Below the pieces are notes generated by a model. The model was not told the origin of the DNA, did not search any database, and saw only the letters and a program-made list of their open reading frames with translations. Shown here in pieces: positions 12,131 through 24,700 of a DNA stretch of 64,000 nucleotides (position 1 is the stretch's first letter; each line of letters opens with the position of its first letter). This DNA comes from Eledone cirrhosa (taxonomy: Eukaryota), in NCBI GenBank assembly GCA_964016885.1, contig OZ024743.1:130758001-130822000 (forward strand), written 5' to 3'. Made by a program: the position numbers and the translations under genes.

Positions 12131-15100
12131 GTTTGGTGCTTGGTGCTTGGTGCTGGGTGGTTGGTGTTTGGTGCTTGGTGCTTGGTGTTTGGTGCTTGGT
12201 GCTTGGTGCTTGTTGTTTGGTGCTTGGTGCTTGGTGCTTGGTCTTTGGTGCATGGTGTTTGGTGTTTGGCGCTTGGTGCTTGGTGTTTGGTGTTTGGTGC
12301 TTGGTGCTTGGTGCTTGGTGTTTGGTGCTTGGTTCTTGGTGATTAGTGTTTGTTGCTTGGTGCTTGGGGTTTGGTGGTTTGTCCTTGGTGCTTGGTGTTT
12401 GGTGTTTGGTGTTTGGTGTTTGGTGTTTGCTGTTTGGTGTCTGCTTTTTGGTGTTTGGTGTTTGCTGTTTGGTGTTTGGTGTTTGGTGTTTGGTGCTTGG
12501 TGCCTGGTGCTTGTTGTATGGTGTTTGGTGCTTGGTGCTTGGTGTTTGGTGTTTGCTGCTTGGTGTCTGGTGTTTGGTGCTTGGTGTTTGGTGTTTGGTG
12601 CTTGGTGCTTGGTGCTTGGTGTTTGGTGTTTGGTGCTTGGTGCTTGGTGTTTGGTGTTTGGTGCTGGGTGCATGGAGTTTGGTGCTTTGTGCTTAGTGCT
12701 TGGTGTTTGGTGTTTGGTGCTTGGTATTTGGTGTTTGGTGTTTGATGCTTGGTGTGTGGTGCTTGGTGCTTGGTGTTTTGTGTTTGGTGCTTGGTGCTTG
12801 GTCCCTGGTGCTTGGTGCTTGGTGATTAGTGGTTGGTGCTTGGTCCTTGGGGTTTGCTGTTTGGTGCGTGGAGCTTGGTATTTGCTGCTTGGTGCTTGGT
12901 GTTTGGTGTTTGGTGCTTGGGGTTTGGTGTTTGGTCCTTGGTGCTTGGTGTTTGGTGCTTGGTGCTTGGTGTTTGGTGCTTGGTGCTTTGTGTTTGGTGC
13001 TTGGTGTTTGGTGCTTGGTGCTTGGTGCTTGGTGCTTGGTGTTAGGTGTTTGGTGCTTGGTGATTGGTGTTTGAAGTTACGTTCTTGGTGCTTGGTGTTT
13101 GGTGTTTGGTGCTTGGTACTTGGTGTTTGGTGTTTGGTGGTTGCTGCTTGGTGCTTGGTGTTTTGTGTTTGGAGTTTGGTGCTTGGTGTTTGGTGCTTCG
13201 GTCTTGGTGTTTGGTGTTTGGTGATTGCTGCTTGGTGCTTGGTGTTTGGTGCTTGGTGCTTGGTGATTAGTGTTTGGTGATTGGTGCTTGGGGTTTGCTG
13301 TTTGGTGCTTGGTGTTTGGTGCTTGGTGCTTGCTGTTTGGTGTTTGGTGTTTGGTTCTTGGTGCTTGGTGTTTGGTGTTTGGTGTCTGGTGCTTGGTGCT
13401 TGGTGCTTGGTGTTTGGTGCTTGGTGCTTGGTGCTTGGTGTTTGGTGCTGCGTGCTTGGTGTTTGGTGTTTGGTGCTTGGTGCCTGGTGCTTGTTGTTTG
13501 GTGTTTGGTGCTTAGTGCTTGGTGTTTGGTGTTTGGTGCTTGGTGCTTGGTGGCTGGTGCTTGGTGCTTGGTGTTTGGAGTTTGGTGCTTGGTGCTTGAT
13601 GCCTGGTGTTTCGTGCTTGGTGCTTGGTGCTTGGTGTTTGGTGTTTGGTGCTTGGTGTTTGGTGTTTGGTACTTGGTGCTTGGTGCTTCGTGCTTGGTGT
13701 TTGGTCTTTGGTGCATGGTGTTTGGTGTTTGGCGCTTGGTGCTTGGTGTTTGGTGTTTGGTGCTTGGTGCTTGGTGCTTGGTGTTTGGTGCTTGGTTCTT
13801 GGTGATTAGTGTTTGTTGCTTGGTGCTTGGGGTTTGGTGGTTTGTCCTTGGTGCTTGGTGTTTGGTGTTTGGTGTTTGGTGTTTGGTGTTTGCTGTTTGG
13901 TGTCTGCTTTTTGGTGTTTGGTGTTTGCTGTTTGGTGTTTGGTGTTTGGTGTTTGGTGCTTGGTGCTTGGTGTTTGGTGCTTGGTGCTTGGGGCTTGGTA
14001 GTTGGTGCTTGGTGCTTGGTGCCTGGTGTTTGGTGTTTGGAGTTTGGTGCTTGGTGTTTGGTGCTTGGTGCTTGGTGCTGGGTGGTTGGTGTTTGGTGCT
14101 TGGTGCTTGGTGTTTGGTGCTTGGTGCTTGGTGCTTGTTGTTTGGTGCTTGGTGCTTGGTGCTTGGTCTTTGGTGCATGGTGTTTGGTGTTTGGCGCTTG
14201 GTGCTTGGTGTTTGGTGTTTGGTGCTTGGTGCTTGGTGCTTGGTGTTTGGTGCTTGGTTCTTGGTGATTAGTGTTTGTTGCTTGGTGCTTGGGGTTTGGT
14301 GGTTTGTCCTTGGTGCTTGGTGTTTGGTGTTTGGTGTTTGGTGTTTGGTGTTTGCTGTTTGGTGTCTGCTTTTTGGTGTTTGGTGTTTGCTGTTTGGTGT
14401 TTGGTGTTTGGTGTTTGGTGCTTGGTGCCTGGTGCTTGTTGTATGGTGTTTGGTGCTTGGTGCTTGGTGTTTGGTGTTTGCTGCTTGGTGTCTGGTGTTT
14501 GGTGCTTGGTGTTTGGTGTTTGGTGCTTGGTGCTTGGTGCTTGGTGTTTGGTGTTTGGTGCTTGGTGCTTGGTGTTTGGTGTTTGGTGCTGGGTGCATGG
14601 AGTTTGGTGCTTTGTGCTTAGTGCTTGGTGTTTGGTGTTTGGTGCTTGGTATTTGGTGTTTGGTGTTTGATGCTTGGTGTGTGGTGCTTGGTGCTTGGTG
14701 TTTTGTGTTTGGTGCTTGGTGCTTGGTCCCTGGTGCTTGGTGCTTGGTGATTAGTGGTTGGTGCTTGGTCCTTGGGGTTTGCTGTTTGGTGCGTGGAGCT
14801 TGGTATTTGTTGCTTGGTGCTTGGTGTTTGGTGTTTGGTGCTTGGGGTTTGGTGTTTGGTCCTTGGTGCTTGGTGTTTGGTGCTTGGTGCTTGGTGTTTG
14901 GTGCTTGGTGCTTTGTGTTTGGTGCTTGGTGTTTGGTGCTTGGTGCTTGGTGCTTGGTGCTTGGTGTTAGGTGTTTGGTGCTTGGTGATTGGTGTTTGAA
15001 GTTACGTTCTTGGTGCTTGGTGTTTGGTGTTTGGTGCTTGGTACTTGGTGTTTGGTGTTTGGTGGTTGCTGCTTGGTGCTTGGTGTTTTGTGTTTGGAGT

Positions 15101-17110
15101 TTGGTGCTTGGTGTTTGGTGCTTCGGTCTTGGTGTTTGGTGTTTGGTGATTGCTGCTTGGTGCTTGGTGTTTGGTGCTTGGTGCTTGGTGATTAGTGTTT
15201 GGTGATTGGTGCTTGGGGTTTGCTGTTTGGTGCTTGGTGTTTGGTGCTTGGTGCTTGCTGTTTGGTGTTTGGTGTTTGGTTCTTGGTGCTTGGTGTTTGG
15301 TGTTTGGTGTCTGGTGCTTGGTGCTTGGTGCTTGGTGTTTGGTGCTTGGTGCTTGGTGCTTGGTGTTTGGTGCTGCGTGCTTGGTGTTTGGTGTTTGGTG
15401 CTTGGTGCCTGGTGCTTGTTGTTTGGTGTTTGGTGCTTAGTGCTTGGTGTTTGGTGTTTGGTGCTTGGTGCTTGGTGGCTGGTGCTTGGTGCTTGGTGTT
15501 TGGAGTTTGGTGCTTGGTGCTTGGTGCCTGGTGTTTCGTGCTTGGTGCTTGGTACTTGGTGTTTGGTGTTTGGTGCTTGGTGTTTGGTGTTTGGTACTTG
15601 GTGCTTGGTGCTTCGTGCTTGGTGTTTGGTCTTTGGTGCATGGTGTTTGGTGTTTGGCGCTTGGTGCTTGGTGTTTGGTGTTTGGTGCTTGGTGCTTGGT
15701 GCTTGGTGTTTGGTGCTTGGTTCTTGGTGATTAGTGTTTGTTGCTTGGTGCTTGGGGTTTGGTGGTTTGTCCTTGGTGCTTGGTGTTTGGTGTTTGGTGT
15801 TTGGTGTTTGGTGTTTGCTGTTTGGTGTCTGCTTTTTGGTGTTTGGTGTTTGCTGTTTGGTGTTTGGTGTTTGGTGTTTGGTGCTTGGTGCCTGGTGCTT
15901 GTTGTATGGTGTTTGGTGCTTGGTGCTTGGTGTTTGGTGTTTGCTGCTTGGTGTCTGGTGTTTGGTGCTTGGTGTTTGGTGTTTGGTGCTTGGTGCTTGG
16001 TGCTTGGTGTTTGGTGTTTGGTGCTTGGTGCTTGGTGTTTGGTGTTTGGTGCTGGGTGCATGGAGTTTGGTGCTTTGTGCTTAGTGCTTGGTGTTTGGTG
16101 TTTGGTGCTTGGTATTTGGTGTTTGGTGTTTGAGGCTTGGTGTGTGGTGCTTGGTGCTTGGTGTTTTGTGTTTGGTGCTTGGTGCTTGGTCCCTGGTGCT
16201 TGGTGCTTGGTGCTTGTTGTTTGGTGCTTGGTGCTTGGTGATTAGTGTTTGGTGCTTGGTCCTTGGGGTTTGCTGTTTGGTGCGTGGAGCTTGGTATTTG
16301 TTGCTTGGTGCTTGGTGTTTGGTGTTTGGTGCTTGGGGTTTGGTGTTTGGTCCTTGGTGCTTGGTGTTTGGTGCTTGGTGCTTGGTGTTTGGTGCTTGGT
16401 GCTTTGTGTTTGGTGCTTGGTGTTTGGTGCTTGGTGCTTGGTGCTTGGTGCTTGGTGTTAGGTGTTTGGTGCTTGGTGATTGGTGTTTGAAGTTACGTTC
16501 TTGGTGCTTGGTGTTTGGTGTTTGGTGCTTGGTACTTGGTGTTTGGTGTTTGGTGGTTGCTGCTTGGTGCTTGGTGTTTTGTGTTTGGAGTTTGGTGCTT
16601 GGTGTTTGGTGCTTCGGTCTTGGTGTTTGGTGTTTGGTTATTGCTGCTTGGTGCTTGGTGTTTGGTGCTTGGTGCTTGGTGATTAGTGTTTGGTGATTGG
16701 TGCTTGGGGTTTGCTGTTTGGTGCTTGGTGTTTGGTGCTTGGTGCTTGCTGTTTGGTGTTTGGTGTTTGGTTCTTGGTGCTTGGTGTTTGGTGTTTGGTG
16801 TCTGGTGCTTGGTGCTTGGTGCTTGGTGTTTGGTGCTTGGTGCTTGGTGCTTGGTGTTTGGTGCTGCGTGCTTGGTGTTTGGTGTTTGGTGCTTGGTGCC
16901 TGGTGCTTGTTGTTTGGTGTTTGGTGCTTAGTGCTTGGTGTTTGGTGTTTGGTGCTTGGTGCTTGGTGGCTGGTGCTTGGTGCTTGGTGTTTGGAGTTTG
17001 GTGCTTGGTGCTTGGTGCCTGGTGTTTCGTGCTTGGTGCTTGGTGCTTGGTGTTTGGTGTTTGGTGCTTGGTGTTTGGTGTTTGGTACTTGGTGCTTGGT
17101 GCTTCGTGCT
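12050..17110 (+). repeat. Local triplication of a B-C-D unit (periods 1925 and 1491 bp)
   Basis: Private double variant TTGAAGT-TACGTTC at 13071, 14996 and 16487 (offsets 1925 = 275x7 and 1491 = 213x7). Landmarks 12819/14744/16235 and 13260/15185/16676 share these offsets. Confidence 0.9.
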
Positions 17111-18799
17111 TGGTGTTTGGTGCTTGGTGTTTGATGCTGCGTGCTTGGTGTTTGGTGTTTGGTGCTTGGTGCTTGGTGTTTGGTGTTTGGAGCTTGGTTC
17201 CTGCTGCTTGTTGTTTGGTGTTTGGTGCTTGGTGCTTGGTGTTTGGTGTTTGGTGCTTGGTGCTTGGTGTTTGGTGCTTGGTATCTGGTGTTTGGTGCTT
17301 GATGTTTGGTGTTTGGTGCTTGGTGCTTGGTGCTTGGTGTTTGGTGTTTGGTGCTTGGTGCTTGGTGTTTGGTGCTTGGTGTTTGGTGTTTGGTGTTTGA
17401 TGCTTGGTGTTTGCTGCTTGGTGCTTGGTGCTTGGTGTTTTGTGTTTGTTGCTTGGTGACTGGTGCCTCGTGCTTGGTGCTTGGTGCTTGTTGTTTGGTG
17501 CTTGGTGCTTGGTGATTAGTGTTTGGTGCTTGGTGCTTGCGGTTTGATGTTTGGTGCCTGGGGTTTGGTGTTTGGTGCTTGGTGCTTGGTGTTTGGTGCT
17601 TGGTGCTTGGTGTTTGGTGTTTGGTGCTTGGTGCTTGGTGTTTGGTGCTTGGTGCTTGGTGTTTGGTGCTTGGTGTTTGGTGCTTGGTGCTTGGTGCTTG
17701 GTGCTTGGTGTTAGGTGTTTGGTGCTTGGTGCTTCGTGTTTGATGTTTGGTCCTTGGTGCTTGGTGTTTGGTGTTTGGTGCTTGGTGCTTGGTGTTTGGT
17801 GTTTGGTGCTTGCTGCTTGCTGCTTGGTGTTTGGTGCTTGGTGATTGGTGCTTGGTGTTTTGTGCTTGGTGCTTGATGTTTGGTGTTTGGTGCTAGGGGC
17901 TTGGTGCTTGGTGCTTGGTGTTTGGTGCTTGGTGCTTGCTGTTTGGTGTTTGGTGTTTGGTGCTTGGTGCTTGGTGTTTGGTGCTTGGTGCTTGGTGTTT
18001 GGTGTTTGGTGGTTGGTGCTTGGGGCTTGGTATTTGGTGCTTGGTGCTTGGTGTTTGGTGCTTGGTGCTTGGGGCTTGGTAGTTGGTGCTTGGTGCTTGG
18101 TGCCTGGTGTTTGGTGTTTGGTGTTTGGTGCTTGGTGTTTGGTGCTTGGTGCTTGGTGCTGGGTGGTTGGTGTTTGGTGCTTGGTGCTTGGTGTTTGGTG
18201 CTTGGTGCTTGGTGCTTGTTGTTTGGTGCTTGGTGCTTGGTGCTTGGTCTTTGGTGCATGGTGTTTGGTGTTTGGCGCTTGGTGCTTGGTGCTTGGTGTT
18301 TGGTGCTTGGTGCTTGGTGCTTGGTGTTTGGTGCTTGGTTCTTGGTGATTAGTGTTTGTTGCTTGGTGCTTGGGGTTTGGTGGTTGGTCCTTGGTGCTTG
18401 GTGTTTGGTGTTTGGTGTTTGGTGTTTGGTGTTTGCTGTTTGGTGTCTGCTTTTTGGTGTTTGGTGTTTGCTGTATGGTGTTTGCTGTTTCGTATTTGGT
18501 TTTTGCTGTTTGGTGTTTGGTGTTTGCTGTTTGGTGCTTGGAGCTTGGTGTTTGGTGCTTGGTGATTGGTGTTTGGTGTTTGGTGCTTGGTGCCTGGTGC
18601 TTGTTGTATGGTGTTTGGTGCTTGGTGCTTGGTGTTTGGTGTTTGCTGCTTGGTGTCTGGTGTTTGGTGCTTGGTGTTTGGTGTTTGGTGCTTGGTGATT
18701 GGTGCTTGGTGTTTGGTGTTTGGTGCTTGGTGTTTGGTGTTTGGTGCTGGGTGCATGGAGTTTGGTGCTTGGTGCTTAGTGCTTGGTGTTTGGTGTTTG

Positions 18800-21700
18800 G
18801 TGCTTGGTATTTGGTGTTTGGTGTTTGATGCTTGGTGTGTGGTGCTTGGTGCTTGGTGTTTTGTGTTTGGTGCTTGGTGCTTGGTGCCTGGTGCTTGGTG
18901 CTTGGTGCTTGTTGTTTGGTGCTTGGTGCTTGGTGATTAGTGTTTGGTGCTTGGTCCTTGGGGTTTGCTGTTTGGTGCGTGGTGCATGGTATTTGGTGCT
19001 TGGTGCTTGGTGTTTGGTGTTTGGTGCTTGGAGTTTGGTGTTTGGTGCTTGGTGCTTGGCACTTGGTGTTTGGTGCTTGGTGCTTGGTGTTTGGTGCTTG
19101 GTGCTTTGTGTTTGGTGCTTGATGTTTGGTGCTTGGTGCTTGGTGCTTGGTGCTTGGTGTTAGGTGTTTGGTGCTTGGTGATTGGTGTTTGATGTTAGGT
19201 TCTTGGTGCTTGGTGTTTGGTGTTTGGTGCTTGGTGCTTGGTGTTTGGTGTTTGGTGCTTGGTGTTTTGTGTTTGGAGTTTGGTGCTTGGTGTTTGGTGC
19301 TTCGGTCTTGGTGTTTGGTGTTTGGTGCTTGGTGCTTGGTGTTTGGTGTTTGGTGCCTGGTGCTTGGTGTTTGGTGGTTGATGTTTGGTGTTTGGTGATT
19401 GGTGCTTGGTGTTTGGTGCTTGGTGTTTGGTGCTTGGTGCTTGGTGTTAGGCGTTTGGTGCTTGGTGCTTGGTGATTGATGTTTGGTCCTTGGTTCTTGG
19501 TGTTTGGTATTTGGTGCTTGGTGCTTGGTGCTTGGTGTTTGGTGTTTGGTGCTTGCTGCTTGCTGCTTGGTGTTTGGAGCTAGGGGCTTGGTGCTTGGTG
19601 CTTGGTGTTTGGTGCTTGGTGCTTGGTGTTTGGTGTTTGGTGCTTGGTGCGTGGGACTTGGTGTTTGGTGCTTGGTGTTTGGTGTTTGGTGTTTGGTGCT
19701 TGGTGCCTGGTGCTTGGTGTTTGGTGTTTGGTGCTTGGTGTTTGGTGCTTGGGGTTTCGTGCTTGGTGTTCGGTGCTTGGTGCTTGGTGCTTGGTGCTTG
19801 GAGTTTGGTGTTTGGTGCTTGGTGCTTGGTGTTTGATGTTTGGTCCTTGGTGCTTGGTGTTTGGTGTTGTGTGCTTGGTGCTTGGTGCTTGGTGTTTGGT
19901 GCTTGGTGCTTGGTGCTTGGTGTTTGGCGTCTGCTGTTTGCTGTTTGGTGTTTGCTGTTTCCTGTTTGGTGTTTGCTGTTTGGTGTTTGGTGTTTGGTGC
20001 TTGCTGTTTGGTGCTTGGTGCTTGGTGTTTGGTGTTTGGTGCTTGGTGTTTGGTGCTTGGTGCTTGGTGCTGGGTGTTTGGTGCTTGGTGCTTGGTGTTT
20101 GGTGCTTGGTGCTTGGTGCTTGGTGTTTGGTCCTTGGTGCTTGGAGCTTGGTCTTTGGTGCTTGGGTTTTGGTGTTTGGTGCTTGGTGCTTGGTGTTTGG
20201 TGCTTGGTGCTTGGTGCTTGGTGCTTGGTGTTTGGTGCTTGCTGCTTGGTGGTTGGTGTTTGGTGCTTGGTGTTTGGTGATTAGTGTTTGGTGATTGGTG
20301 CTTGGGGTTTAGTTTTTGGGGCTTGGTGTTTGGTGCTTGGTGCTTGCTGTTTGGTGTTTGGTGTTTGGTTCTTGGTGCTTGGTGTTTGGTGTTTGGTGTT
20401 TGGTGCTTGGTGCTTGGTGCTTGGTGTTTGGTGCTTGGTGCTTGGTGCTTGGTGTTTGGTGCTGCGTGCTTGGTGTTTGGTGTTTGGTGCTTGGTGCCTG
20501 GTGCTTGTTGTTTGGTGTTTGGTGCTTAGTGCTTGGTGTTTGGTGTTTGGTCCTTGGTGCTTGGTGGCTGGTGTTTGGTGCTTGGTATTTGGAGTTTGGT
20601 GCTTGGTGCTTGGTGCCTGGTGTTTCGTGCTTGGTGCTTGGTGCTTGGTGTTTGGTGTTTGGTGCTTGGTGTTTGGTGTTTGGTGCTTGGTACTTGGTGC
20701 TTGGTGCTTGGTGCTTGGTGTTTGGTGCTTGGTGTTTGATGCTGCGTGCTTGGTGTTTGGTGTTTGGTGCTTGGTGCTTGGTGTTTGGTGTTTGGAGCTT
20801 GGTGCCTGGTGCTTGTTGTTTGGTGTTTGGCGCTTGGTGCTTGGTGTTTGGTGTTTGGTGCTTGATGTTTGGTGTTTGGTGCTTGGTGCTTGGTGCTTGG
20901 TATCTGGTGTTTGGTGCTTGATGTTTGGTGTTTGGTGCTTGGTGTTTGGTGTTTGGTGCTTGGTGCTTGGTGTTTGGTGCCTGGTGTTTGGTGTTTGGTG
21001 TTTGATGCTTGGTGTTTGCTGCTTGGTGCTTGGTGCTTTGTGTTTTGTGTTTGGTGCTTGGTGCTTGGTGCCTGGTGCTTGGTGCTTGGTGCTTGTTGTC
21101 AGGTGCTTGGTGCTTGGTGATTAGTGTTTGGTGCTTGGTGCTTGCGGTATGGTGTTAGGTGCTTGGGGTTTGGTGTTTGGTGCTTGGTGCTTGGTGTTTG
21201 GTGCTTGGTGCTTGGTGCTTGGTGCTTGGTGTTTGGTGCTTGGTGCTTGGTGTTTGGAGTTTGGTGCTTGGTGTTTGGTGTTTGGCGTTTGCTGTTTGCT
21301 GTTTGCTGTTTGGTGTTTGCTGTTTGGTGTTTGCTGTTTGGTGTTTGGTGTTTGGTGCTTGCTGTTTGGTGCTTGGAGCTTGGTGTTTGGTGTTTGGTGC
21401 TTGGTGCTTGGTGCTGGGTGTTTGGTGCTTGGTGCTTGGTGTTTGGTGCTTGGTGCTTGGTGCTTGGTGCTTGTTGTCAGGTGCTTGGTGCTTGGTGATT
21501 AGTGTTTGCTGTTTGGTGTTTGCTGTTTGGTGTTTGCTGTTTGGTGTTTGGTGTTTGGTGCTTGGTGCTTGGTCTTTGGTGCTTGGGTTTTGGTGTTTGG
21601 AGCTTGGTGCTTGGTGTTTGGTGCTTGGTTCTTGGTGCTTGGTGCTTGGTGTTTGGTGATTGCTGCTTGGTGCTTGGTGTTTGGTGCTTCGTGCTTGGTG

Positions 21701-24700
21701 ATTAGTGTTTGGTGATTGGTGCTTGGAGTTTGCTGTTTGGTGCTTGGTGTTTGGTGCTTGGTGCTTGCTGTTTGGTGTTTGGTGTTTGGTTCCTGGTGCT
21801 TGGTTTTTGGTGTTTGGTGTTTGGTGCTTGGTGCTTGGTGCTTGGTGTTTGGTGCTTGGTGCTTGGTACTTGCTCTTTGGTGCTGCGTGCTTGGTGTTTG
21901 GTGTTTGGTGCTTGGTGCCTGGTGCTTGTTGTTTGGTGTTTGGTGCTTAGTGCTTGGTGTTTGGAGTTTGGTGCTGGGTGCTTGGTGCCTGGTGTTTCGT
22001 GCTTGGTGCTTGGTGCTTGGTGTTTGGTGTTTGGTGCTTGGTGTTTGGTGTTTGGTACTTGGTGCTTGGTGCTTGGTGCTTGGTGTTTGGTGCTTGGTGT
22101 TTGATGCTGCGTGCTTGGTGTTTGGTGTTTGGTGCTTGGTGCTTGGTGTTTGGTGTTTGGAGCTTGGTGCCTGCTGCTTGTTGTTTGGTGTTTGGTGCTT
22201 GCTGCTTGGTGTTTGGTGTTTGGTGCTTGGTGCTTGGTGCTTGGTATCTGGTGTTTGGTGCTTGATGTTTGGTGTTTGGTGCTTGGTGCTTGGTGTTTGG
22301 TGTTTGGTGCTTGGTGCTTGGTGTTTGGTGCTTGGTGTTTGGTGTTTGGTGTTTGATGCTTGGTGTTTGCTGCTTGGTGCTTGGTGCTTGGTGTTTTGTG
22401 TTTGGTGCTTGGTGCTTGGTGCCTGGTGCTTGGTGCTTGGTGCTTGATGTTTGGTGCTTGGTGCTTGGTGATTAGTGTTTGGTGCTTGGTGCTTGGTGTT
22501 TGGTGCTTGGTGCTTGGGGCTTGGTATTTGGTGCTTGGTGCTTAGTGCCTGGTGTTTGGTGCTTGGTCTTTGGTGCTTGGTGCTTGGTGCTGGGTGGTTG
22601 GTGTTTGGTGCTTGGTGCTTGGTGTTTGGTGCTTGGTGCTTGGTGCTTGTTGTTTGGTGCTTGGTGCTTGGTGCTTGGTCTTTGGTGCATGGTGTTTGGT
22701 GTTTGGTGCTTTGTGCTTGGTGCTTGGTGTTTGGTGCTTGGTGCTTGGTGCTTGGTGTTTGGTGCTTGGTGCTTGGTGATTAGTGTTTGTTGCTTGGTGC
22801 TTGGGGTTTGGTGGTTGGTGCTTGGTGCTTGGTGTTTGGTGTTTTGTGTTTGGTGTTTGCTGTTTGCTGTTTGGTGTTTGGTGCTTGGTATTTGGTATTT
22901 GGTGTTTGATGCTTGGTGTGTGGTGCTTGGTGCTTGGTGTTTTGTGTTTGGTGCTTGGTGCTTGGTGCCTGGTGCTTGGTGCTTGGTGCTTGTTGTTTGG
23001 TGCTTGGTGCTTGGTGATTAGTGTTTGGTGCTTGGTCCTTGGGGTTTGCTGTTTGGTGCGTGGTGCTTGGTATTTGGTGCTTGGTGCTTGGTGTTTGGTG
23101 TTTGGTGCTTGGAGTTTGGTGTTTGGTGCTTGGTGCTTGGCGCTTGGTGTTTGGTGCTTGGTGCTTGGTGTTTGGTGCTTGGTGCTTTGTGTTTGGTGCT
23201 TGGTGTTTGGTGCTTGGTGCTTGGTGCTTGGTGCTTGGTGTTAGGTGTTTGGTGCTTGGTGATTGGTGTTTGATGTTAGGTTCTTGGTGCTTGGTGTTTG
23301 GTGTTTGGTGCTTGGTGCTTGGTGTTTGGTGTTTGGTGCTTGGTGTTTTGTGTTTGGAGTTTGGTGCTTGGTGTTTGGTGCTTCGGTCTTGGTGTTTGGT
23401 GTTTGGTGCTTGGTGCTTGGTGTTTGGTGTTTGGTGCCTGGTGCTTGGTGTTTGGTGGTTGATGTTTGGTGTTTGGTGATTGGTGCTTGGTGTTTGGTGC
23501 TTGGTGTTTGGTGCTTGGTGCTTGGTGTTAGGCGTTTGGTGCTTGGTGCTTGGTGATTGATGTTTGGTCCTTGGTGCTTGGTGTTTGGTATTTGGTGCTT
23601 GGTGCTTGGTGCTTGGTGTTTGGTGTTTGGTGCTTGCTGCTTGCTGCTTGGTGTTTGGAGCTAGGGGCTTGGTGCTTGGTGCTTGGTGTTTGGTGCTTGG
23701 TGCTTGGTGTTTGGTGTTTGGTGCTTGGTGCGTGGGACTTGGTGTTTGGTGCTTGGTGTTTGGTGTTTGGTGTTTGGTGCTTGGTGCCTGGTGCTTGGTG
23801 TTTGGTGTTTGGTGCTTGGTGTTTGGTGCTTGGGGTTTCGTGCTTGGTGTTCGGTGCTTGGTGCTTGGTGCTTGGTGCTTGGTGTTTGGTGTTTGGTGCT
23901 TGGTGCTTGGTGTTTGATGTTTGGTCCTTGGTGCTTGGTGTTTGGTGTTGTGTGCTTGGTGCTTGGTGCTTGGTGTTTGGTGCTTGGTGCTTGGTGCTTG
24001 GTGTTTGGCGTCTGCTGTTTGCTGTTTGGTGTTTGCTGTTTGCTGTTTGGTGTTTGCTGTTTGGTGTTTGGTGTTTGGTGCTTGCTGTTTGGTGCTTGGT
24101 GCTTGGTGTTTGGTGTTTGGTGCTTGGTGTTTGGTGCTTGGTGCTTGGTGCTGGGTGTTTGGTGCTTGGTGCTTGGTGTTTGGTGCTTGGTGCTTGGTGC
24201 TTGGTGTTTGGTCCTTGGTGCTTGGAGCTTGGTCTTTGGTGCTTGGGTTTTGGTGTTTGGTGCTTGGTGCTTGGTGTTTGGTGCTTGGTGCTTGGTGCTT
24301 GGTGCTTGGTGTTTGGTGCCTGCTGCTTGGTGGTTGGTGTTTGGTGCTTGGTGTTTGGTGATTAGTGTTTGGTGATTGGTGCTTGGGGTTTAGTTTTTGG
24401 GGCTTGGTGTTTGGTGCCTGGTGCTTGCTGTTTGGTGTTTGGTGTTTGGTTCTTGGTGCTTGGTGTTTGGTGTTTGGTGTTTGGTGCTTGGTGCTTGGTG
24501 CTTGGTGTTTGGTGCTTGGTGCTTGGTGCTTGGTGTTTGGTGCTGCGTGCTTGGTGTTTGGTGTTTGGTGCTTGGTGCCTGGTGCTTGTTGTTTGGTGTT
24601 TGGTGCTTAGTGCTTGGTGTTTGGTGTTTGGTCCTTGGTGCTTGGTGGCTGGTGTTTGGTGCTTGGTGTTTGGAGTTTGGTGCTTGGTGCTTGGTGCCTG

